Positions 25,540-36,460 of a DNA stretch of 64,000 nucleotides are shown here, one piece after another. Within the stretch, counting starts at the first letter, position 1. Every line of letters begins with the position of its first letter. A program made the position numbers and the translations under genes. The stretch is taken from assembly GCF_001194135.2 (NCBI RefSeq), contig NC_068990.1:25019959-25083958 (forward strand), written 5' to 3'. The stretch comes from Octopus bimaculoides (Eukaryota). Below the pieces are notes generated by a model. That model saw only the letters and a program-made list of their open reading frames with translations. It had not been told where the DNA came from and did not search any database.

Positions 25540-26814
25540 GAAAAAAAAGGAAAGATGAGGGTAAGCTTTGATTTCACAAAGAATATAGATGTATATATAT
25601 ATATATATACACACTTATATATACATGATTTTTTTTGTCAATTTTGGCATTGTAGAAAAATCATAAGCTGGTTGAATTGTTTCACATACGTCGCACAAAT
25701 GAAGCCATCAAGCAGGACACTATTGAGAAATGACCAAAACGAACAGAACCTACTGCAAAAAATGTTCTTCAGAGTCTGGTTCTTCAAACTTAGCGTGGCT
25801 GTGTTGTAGCAGCTTACTGCCAAACAGTATTCTGGGAGAAGAAAGTTTATTATAACAAAGTTATTGTAAAGAGGAGCAGGTATCAGAAGGGAATTTGCAT
25901 TAATGGACTGCTTCAGACATTATTTTTCTCTGCACTAGTGTCCTGCCTTGGCTGATATTTATCTCTCGTTAACAACATTTTAATGAGTTTGGATTTGATA
26001 TTTGCTTCGTTTTAGTCATCAGAATAGCTTCAGTTGTGTAAAGGGGGTGGGTGGGTGTGATTATCTCGCTCAAGATGTACATTGAGTAATTTATACAATA
26101 AAGTTGTGGACAAAGTGACAAAACTTGGGGAGAAAAAATCCATCAAAAAAGACACCGATCAACAAACAAAAATTATTTTGCAGCAATAAAAAAAGAATAT
26201 TAAACTATTAAACCTGTATAATGAGAAATGGAAATGGATTTTAGTGAAATTTCAATTTGTTGAAGGAGAAACATCACAGTAGTAAGTCTACACACATACA
26301 GACATACAAGTATGGTAGGGTCTCACATATGTGATATAGAGTTGAAAATCTTCGATTAACAATGCAATAGACAAAACTCCCTCTGAGGAGGTTTAAAATG
26401 TAAATCTAAAAAAAACCCAAGGGAGATAACTCCAATGAAAATGAAAACCCTAGAAACTTCAGCTGGGACGGATTCATACACACATACAGACATCAAATGT
26501 ATTATATGTCATCATTTTGGTGATACTGTCATCAACTTCATGGAAGGGATTTGGAATGAAAAGTCTTACTAGTTACCGTTTTGTTTAGAAGTTGACTAAA
26601 GAATACAGAAAGGGAAGTTCTCCAGAGTCTGGACAATATAAGGAACATTCTTTTACTTGTTTCAGTCATTTGACTGTGGCCATGCTAGAACACCGCCTTT
26701 AGTTGAACAAAACGACCCCCAGGACTTATTCTATCGGTTTCTTTTGCTGAACCACTAAGTTACGGGGATGTAAATACACCAACATCAGTTGGGGGGACAA
26801 ATACAGACACACAA

Positions 26815-26851
<37 letters not shown>

Positions 26852-28715
26852 AACATATATACGCACACAAACAGTTTCCACCTACCAAATCCACTCACAA
26901 GGCTTTGGCTGGCCTGAGGTTATAGTAGAGGACACTTGCCCAAGGTGTCACACAGTGGGACTGAACCTGCAACCATGTGGTTGGAAAGCAAGCTACTTAC
27001 CACACAGCCACTCCTACTCCTGTTTAGATACAGAATGCTTTCAATAAGAATGGCCATACATCTATTGATGAATGTGTGTGTCTATGTGCTTGTCACTTTC
27101 TCTCTTCAGACGCACACAAATAACTGGCTGCTGGAAGATCCTGTCTGGCAACAGGACTCTGCACCATGCCACACAAGCAGGAGAGCCCAGTCATAACTGT
27201 CAGACAATTTCTGCAACCATGTCACCTCTAACATCTGGTCACCTAACTCCCCAGACTGCAACCCCCTTGAATATTATATGTGGGGTGCAATTGATCAAGA
27301 GACCAACAAAACTCCTTGTAACACCAAAGATGAACTGAAAGCAAGGTTTATGGCTGCATTCACCAACTTAAACAAGGAGACCATCCAGAAGAGCTGCAGG
27401 AGATGCCAAAGTCATCTGGAGAGTGCTGTTGAAGCCAATGGCGATTTTATTGAATTAATTAACTCTTGAGTATTTCAAGATATTTTTGCGTAATTTTGGT
27501 AAATATATCTGTTAAAATGAGATGTCAGTGTTATTTTCATTTTTGTGTAATTTAGACAACAGTTTATTCACTGCACCCTGTATATATGTGTGCATATGGA
27601 GAGAGAGAGAGAATATATGTGTGTTGTTTCTGTCTATATGTACCCCACTGATCACCAGGCCAGCAGGGTGGCATTATTTAAAAGCTAAAACAATGTGAAA
27701 CACATTGAGACCAGTGATGTATAAGAACATTTGATAATCTGGTCAATACTGTGATGGTTCGTCAAGATAGCTGCAGTCCAATGATTGGAACAAGTAAAAG
27801 AACATAGAAGAATGTTGATCAGAGGAATGGTGTTTAGTATTACAAAAACAATCTGCTGAAATCTTTAGACCAATCATGGTTTCTTGGAGGAATTTCTGAA
27901 CATGTCAATGATATGTTGTGAGGAAGATTTCTAGAATAGGAAAACAGCAAAAATTTCTATTAATTGATGAATCTATATTATTCATTTCAGTAAAACTCAG
28001 AGCTGACAACTTCTGTTAACCCTTTGGCATTCAAATCAGCCATAATATCAGCCCAAATATTTTGTTTTATATTCAAGTTAGCCAAGTCTGGCCATTCTAA
28101 AACTAAATGGTCACATCATCGAAATCTCAAAGCTATAAGATAATTCATAACAAATTCAAAGTAAAATGAAAAAAAAAAAAATTACATTTTTTTTAAAGCA
28201 ATCTGAATGATAAAGGGTTAAAGAGAAAATTCTTTAAAAATGGGAGTTTAACAAAAAAAAAAAGGTATTTTAATACAACTATATTCCATTTTATATGGAA
28301 ATCAGAACCAATTCAATGTAAAGTTCTAGTGGGGTGCTGTGAATATTTAAAGAAGCCATTGCTGAGGAAAGAAAAAGGAAGCTACAATAACTGGAGCAAC
28401 AACAACAGCAAAAGAAACAACACATCTGTTTTCCCACCCCCACCAATCCTCACTAATGGAAGCAGAGTAGCAACAAAACCTGACAACATAAAATGTAGCA
28501 GAAGCAATGACCTAAACTAAGAGAACAATAACTGATGCCAAAGCACAACAAAGGGGAGGATTGGCCCAGATTCCAAACAAGCCCAGTTGATTACTTCAGG
28601 AAGCATATCTTAGTTATACAGCGAGGAATCCGACAGGAAAAGAAAGGTAATGTATTCTGTAGAACAAGAGTAGCATAGAACTTTCTGGAAACATTGGCTG
28701 AAATGACTGGCATGT

Positions 28716-28784
<69 letters not shown>

Positions 28785-31700
28785 TGGTGGTGGTGATAAC
28801 AATGTCAATGAAGATGGTTTGAAGTAATAATTGTTTGTGATTTAGGTACAAGGCCAACAATTTGAAAAAAGGTGGTAGTTGATATCACAGATTTTGACTG
28901 GTACTTTATTTTATAAACCCTGCAGATATCTTAAAACCACCTTGATAATGCTTGTCCATGAAGGGTTCTGTTTTGTCAACTTTCTCCCCTGACCCACATT
29001 TCATCCCCTCACACCCAAAAAGCACTGGTGATGGGGCCACATAAAAAGCATCCAGTAATTAATTATGCACCTTCCACACACAAAAACTATCTTCCCTGTT
29101 AACCTTTCTCTGATATTGCTGGACCTCTTATGTGTCCTTGGCTTACATTGGGTACATCTTATGGAGTTCCTATTGTTGCCTTTTCTACAGATCAAGCAGG
29201 GCCATCTACTTGAAGGGATTTGTGATTTGTCCACCTTCCTGCTTTCTAATACTTTGGTTTTTGCTAGGTTAACTCTAAGTCCCTTTAATTCTAGACTTTG
29301 CTTCCACACCTGAAACTACTTCTCTAGTTCTGGTAGTGATTCAGCTATAAGAGCAAGGTCATCAGCATAGAGGAGCTCCTAGGGGCAGCCTGTCTTGAAT
29401 TCCTCTGTTATCACCTGGAGGACTATGATGAACAAGAGGGGGCTTAGGACTGATCCTTGGTGAACCCCTACTTGTACCCTAAATTCTTCGCTATACTCGT
29501 CAAACCTCACCTTACTGACAGTATCCCTGTACAAGGCTTGTACAGCTCTCACCAACCACTCATCTATCCTTAGTTTCCACATTGACCACACGATAAGGGA
29601 TCAGGGGATACTGTCAAAGGCTTTCTCCAAGTCAACGAAAGCCAAGTAGAAAGGTTTATCTTTGGCTAGGTATTTCTGCATCTGAAATATAGCATCAGTG
29701 GTGCTTCTCCCTGGCACAAACCCAAACTGCATCTCATCTAAACAAACTCTGTGTAATTAGTTGGGCTATGATCCAACAATTTGATACCGCTGTAATTATT
29801 TCTATTCAAGGCATCAGCTTTACCTTTATAGTAGTTGACTATGGTGCTGCTACACCAGTCGTTGGGTATAACTCCTTCGTGTATCACCTGGTTAACTATT
29901 CGTGTGACTAGATCATAGCCTACACTGCCAGATATTTTAAGCATCTCAGTGGTGATTCCTGATGGGCAGGGGGCTTTCCCTGTCTTTATATCCTTAATTG
30001 CTTTATGTACCAAAGTACTGTCAATCTGGATAGCTGGTCTCTCAGTTGGGTCAACATTTGGCAGCCTCTCTTCCTCCCATTCATTTTCTTGGCATCTCCG
30101 AGTCTCTTTCTTTGCAGCATCATTAAATGCAAGTGAGCCATCATCCATGTGGACACATTTCTCTCCTATGACATCACGATTCTCTTTCACACACTGCCTT
30201 GCAATTCAAAACACTTCAAGTATCTGGTCCTCCCAATGCAGAACATTTTCAAATCTCTTTTCTGCTTCCCCTCTGGTTAAGTAAGCCTGTCTCCTAGCTT
30301 CCGATCTGGCTATCTGATACAATTCCCTGCTACCACCACATTTCCAGTCCTTCCAAGCCTGTTCCTTGTTCCTAATAGCCCTGTCAACTACATTGTTCCA
30401 CCACCATGTCACCTTAGATCAAGAGGGGACTTTGCACCATCCACAGATCTGGTCAGCAGCCCTCAACAGGTTGTCCTATAGAAACCTCCAGTTGTCCTCC
30501 TATATCATCCTCTATTTTGTCAAAGGCTTCCAGTAATATGTCTCTAAATCTGTCTATTTAGAGGATCCTTAAACTTCCAGACCCTTCTTTTACATACTGG
30601 TCATCTTCTGAGCAGCCATTTAGCCCTGATCCTTAAGTGGCTAACAACTAACCTACACTGTGGGGTACATTCTTCACCTGTTGCCAGCTTCTTTCAGATG
30701 ATCTCCTGTGGAATGTATCTTACACGTATACTCGCTGCCTGCCAAATCACATGCTTACTTTTACCACACTTTCGTGTGTCAAAAGGTAAAGGTGATGCCT
30801 TGATTCTTTTGGTTAACAACTTGTAAAAGTTTGATATTAAATATGCAATGACTTCGAGAGGAATTGTGATCGACTTTTGAGGCAGCCTTGTGGAAAGCAG
30901 TGTGGCTTGTTTCCAGTGTTCCATGAAAGCATGTCTAGCCATGGGGAAATATTGCCTTGCATGGAAACAGGTAAGGGTTGGTGACAGGAAGGGCATCCAA
31001 CAGTAGGAAATCTGCTCAACAAACTCCATTTGATCCATGTAAACATGGAAAGTGAACAGTATAATGATGATGATGATAGAAACATGTAACTTAAACTCAA
31101 ATGAGAGGATAAACACTTAACTATTGCAACCTCAAATTAATTACTGCTTCATATCAAGGGATAGAAAATGCCAGAATTTAATTAGTGAGAAGTGTTATTA
31201 AATGGTAATTTTAAATAATTACCAAGGTTTGAATTATTTGATGCAAGAAAATGCCTTAACTGCAAAAATGTAAGCATAAATTCATGTTTAGAATGTATTC
31301 ATAAACTGAGAAATTATAAAGTTACCAGACTATCTTATTCAAATAATGCAAATGATAGTATTTAAGGAATATCCCAAACAAAGGTATTTTATGGGGGAAG
31401 TTCTTCCAAAAGTATGATGAATGCAAACAAAAGAACAAGAGTTAATATTAATGAAGTGAAGATGCACAACTTCCAACACCAAATGATCCAAATTACATTC
31501 AACAGTTTTGATTTTAGGTGATAAAACAGTGAGGCAGCCATTTTGAAAATGAATTGTGAATAGAGTGTTGAGAACCACAATCAAACAGTGTGTGTGAAGG
31601 AGAAACAACAGTGCTCATGAGACAAATAGCATAAGAATATAATGTTAAATGGGATTATTATTCATTGACTTAAAATCAACAGCAAAGACAGGATTTCATT

Positions 31701-34700
31701 AGTAAAGAGAGAGAAATAGAAAGAAGACATCTGACAATATTGAACAACCTTCATATCATGATGAAAGGAAATATAAAATAAATTTCTGTAAATGAAAGTT
31801 AAATATGGAAAAAATAAATATAAAATGATTTCTTGATAAAGAAGTGTTGAGTTAGGAGTCACAAGAAAACAAAATGCAATGGTTTTAACCTCTTTTCCTG
31901 ACCAAATGGATTAACAGTGAATGAAGTCACTTGAACTGGGAGTTTTCAATGTTATTTGCTAAGAGCTTAAGAAGCTACGAATGTAGCATTTGCCTCTTGC
32001 ATGTTGATAGTAAACAATATACAACAATATTCAGTATTTTACATACTAGAAGACACTGAGAGAATTTTTTAGCTAATCCACTGAAGTCTTCTTTGAAATC
32101 AATTTTTAGTTTTAAACTCACAAAGGCATGAGAAAATGTAAGTTTGCTTATGTGTGGTTTTACTTCATTTATTTGTTGGTGTATCTAATGACTAATTTAC
32201 ACAAGTACACTGGCAAATGTGATATTCAAAGACATACTAGTAACTGTGATATTGGACCATGGTAGAATATTCGAGACAAAAAGGAAAGAAACTGGTAAAC
32301 CTGCTCCTGAACATTAAATTTAGATACTTATAACTCAAAAGTGTTAGAGATTTTTCAATCAGTAGATCAAGTTTAACCAAAGGGCACAAAATTTCATTTG
32401 AGTTTGGATTAATTCAAATGTGATTATATTTTCTTTCTCTGGAAGACCTAACAGTGAAGGGGGTCACCTTAGCATCTACAACAGTTAAATAAACAAACAA
32501 ATGAAACTAGCATTATATAATGTGAAATCTCCATGAAAATTGAGAAAATATAAAAAAGTAACAAGACCAAATATTACTTATGAATCCTACCTACTACTGG
32601 AATGGTGAAACTGATGCAAACTGACAACTGAGAACTTTGTAGGATTCTATAAACTTCCATTTCAGTTTCCACTGAACAAAATCTCTCAGCTTTAAAAATG
32701 ATGCTATGACAATAACATTATTATAATGCAAAAGAATTCAGTATATTTATCACATTCTACAATCTTTAATTACAAAATGGTTAAATGTCTTAATTTCCAA
32801 AGAAGTTCCATATTAAAAGTAATTTCATTTGTGATCCTAGGTAAATGCAAATATAAGCCCAGCCCTTTGATTATATTCTGTGTGTGTCTATACATATTTC
32901 ATATATAGAACAAGTGGTTGGCATTAAGAAGGGCATCCAGATATAGAAACCAAATACTGGAGCTCGACACAGTCCTCTGGTTTGTTGGATTCTATCAAAC
33001 CATCCAATTTACACCTACATAGAAGACAGACTTTAAATGATGATGATTATAAAAGAATACCTTATCATCATTTAATATCCACCTTCCATCTGGTGTGGGT
33101 TGAATGGGTTGACAGGATCCAGCTGGTGCCAGCACGGAAGACAAGTTAAATGATGATGATACACACAGGGTATTATCCTATATATGAAATATATATCTAA
33201 ACTAAATTATGTGTTTAAATTCTATTACGTACATATCTAAATTAAAATGTTTTAGAATTACATATTTAGAACTCCATATTCTTACCTGAAACTATAAGAA
33301 TAAAATAACACAAAAAAAATTCTGCTACAGTTTGATGGTTGACAACAGGAAAAGCATCAAGCCATAGATATGGTTTCATTAAGCAGTAATAAAACCAGCT
33401 TGAAGCAATAAAGATTTACAAACCAAGCCAACCCATAGAGAACAGAGCTAAAGACATAACAAATGAGGCTATAAAATGGAACTAAAGTGTAATACATGCA
33501 ACAGAGATGAAGGGTAAACGGAGGAGGAAGAGAGAGTTTTTCTGAAGAGCAGATAAGGAAGAAACATGCTGGTTGCAATGTGAGGAAATTGGTCAAAGTA
33601 ATCCATAGGTCTCAGAGGTAATGTTTTTGGAAAATGTCACTAAAATAATGGAGACCACTGAATGTGTAGCCTTGAGGTAGAAACTTATTTCTATTGTATT
33701 AATTACACTGTGATATGAACTGGATTTTCAGTTTAATAAATATAGTGAAGAATTATTAAAAGAAGAGGTAATGTGATGAAGAGAAAGACAGGGAAGAATG
33801 TTGAAACACATTGAAAAAAAAAAATAAATAAAAGTGGGAGTAGATGGTATTTTGATGACAGGTGATCACAATGATGGTATTAGATCTGTTAAAAAATTGT
33901 GTGTGATGGAATGGTAGCACAATAAAGAGTTTTTGCAAATGTAATTTTAGGGTAAAATACATGGAATTATCTGAACTGATTAAAAACAAAAATCAGTTTG
34001 AAGTGAATTTAGTGGGCAGTGTGATCAATGCTTCTAAAGAGGAGGGGGAGCTGACGTGAAGAATAGGGAACAACGAACAGCCTGAAGGCAGTCTTGCAAA
34101 CAGAGCTGCATTAATGATATTCAGTAGTTGGGTGGGGGTTTTTTTTTTATCTAGAGCTGAAATTGTGAATGATTTTTAGATGTAAGAAATATAAAAAAAA
34201 TAAAAGGGAGACAGTTACTTGATGACAACAATAACGATGATGATGATGATGATGATGATGATAGTAAATGGTGATGATAAATGTAGTTGTGTCCTACTGT
34301 TAATTAAAAGTATCAAAATGAATGTTTAATGGTTCTTCATGAAGGTTTTACATAAGATGAAAAAGTTAAATTAACAAGATTAAATTAATGAGAATGAGGA
34401 GTTAGATGAAATTATAAAATTCTTCAAGAATGAGAAATAAATGTGGATTAGAAATGACAACATGACCTCCAGATAATATCTGCTGCCATAATTATTACAA
34501 TTCTGAAATGAAAGTGAATTTAATTGACACAGGAAATGAGTTATGACCAAAAAAGGCTATCAGCTGACCAAGGAAGCAACAAAATATAGTTCCATTATTT
34601 AAAATAAAAGATAAAACTTTAAATGATAAAAAAATAATTCCAACTGAAGATAAAACAGAGTCTGCAATTAATATTTTTGAAGTTAATTTCCAAGAAATTA

Positions 34701-36417
34701 TTAAAAAAAAAAGAAAATTGTATGAAGAATATTTTAAAATGGATATTTTTATATAAAACAAAGCATTTAAAGAAATTTTTAAAACTTTAAAGAATTTGGT
34801 AAATTTCTTTGAAAGAAAATTATCTTGTAAATATACTTTACCTCGGCATGGATCATTTTTAACGAGGAATTCATCTAACGCGACCCAGCCTCCGCCGACA
34901 CGTACCATTACTGTGCTACGTAGAATCCGAACAAGACGTAATTTTTGTGAATCACCAAACTGGAGGGGTGGGAAAAAGAAGAAAAAAAGATAATTAAAAA
35001 AAATTAGCTCAATGTAAATAAATAAGAGAAATGGGAAGGAAATAGAAGCAGTTAAACCAAAAGAAAACCTAACGAACAACAGACAAAAGAGAATCGTTTA
35101 AAGAATTTGATTGGAAGAATGGAGGAATTATTACTTACTCGATATTTTCCTTCACCAATTTTATGGATTCTGAACTGAGTAACGCAGGTACATCGGCCGA
35201 CTTGTTTGCTTACTTCATCTTGAATCCTCTCCGAGTCTGTTGCAGGTTTACCAGTCTGAAAAGAATCACGTTGCAAGGACACCTTTATATCATAGCAGAA
35301 ATCAGAGCTGTTTTTGTTAATTACAATTTTTACTAATTACTAGAAATTGTAGCTATTACTGTTGTTGCTAAGGCAGCAAACTGGAAGAACTGTTAGCACG
35401 CCAGACAAAATGCTTGGCGGCATTTCGTCCGACTTTGTTTTCCATCCTTTTGAGGCCAATTAAATCAGTACCAGTCAAATACTGGAGATCAATGTAATCA
35501 ACTACCCCGCTCCCAAATGCTGGCCCTGTGCCAAAATTTGAAACCATTTTTATTATTTTAATGTGGTAGTAGTCCTAGTTTTTCCTACTCAATTAGACCT
35601 AAGATGAGAAGGTAGTTGATTGAATGCCATGAAGAATAAGGAGCCAATAGGATGTAGGGAAAGAGGGGCTTTATGTAGTCACTTCATAGAGGTGCATGGC
35701 TTAGTGTTTAGAGTGTTGGACTCATGATCCTAAGATTGTGGGCAATCTGATGTGTTCTTGAGCAATACACTTCACAATATTGATTTCCACACACAGTTAT
35801 AGATAAAAATTCTTGCAAAATAAATTCAAAAATCTTTCATCTTTTTACACTGTCCCTATTCTTTCTTATATTCACGTTCTTGTTCCAATTCTTTCTGATA
35901 TTCCACTTGTACCTTGACAGTATGCCCTGACACCTCATCATCTCTTTTTCTCTTTCCATCTAGGTTAGCCACATATCTCTTCTATAGTAAGATGCTTGTC
36001 CCTACACCTGTCCCTCTATCAAACTTTACCTTCTTAACGCCAAGTATAAAGCCACTTCTCTCAATACTACACTTCACTCAGTAGTTTGGTGACCTCACTG
36101 GGGCTTCATTTATCAGATAGAAAAAGAAAAAAACCCAATGTATGAAGAGAAGAGAAACTCTAACAATGTAGATACTTACATCCCTATCGGGTCTCAGAGC
36201 TGCAACAAATTCTTTGTAGTTTATGTAGCCATCTTCATCTTTATCAAATATATTGGCTACTGCCTCCATTTCTAGTTTTGTTGTTGGGAATTCTAGTAAT
36301 ATAAAAATATAACACATTAGACAGAATAACTGTAGGGAACTGAACCCCAAAACATGAAAATTAAATTAAAATTCTTGTGAATGGATTTGATAGACAGAAA
36401 CTGAAAGAAGCCTACCG

Positions 36418-36460
<43 letters not shown>

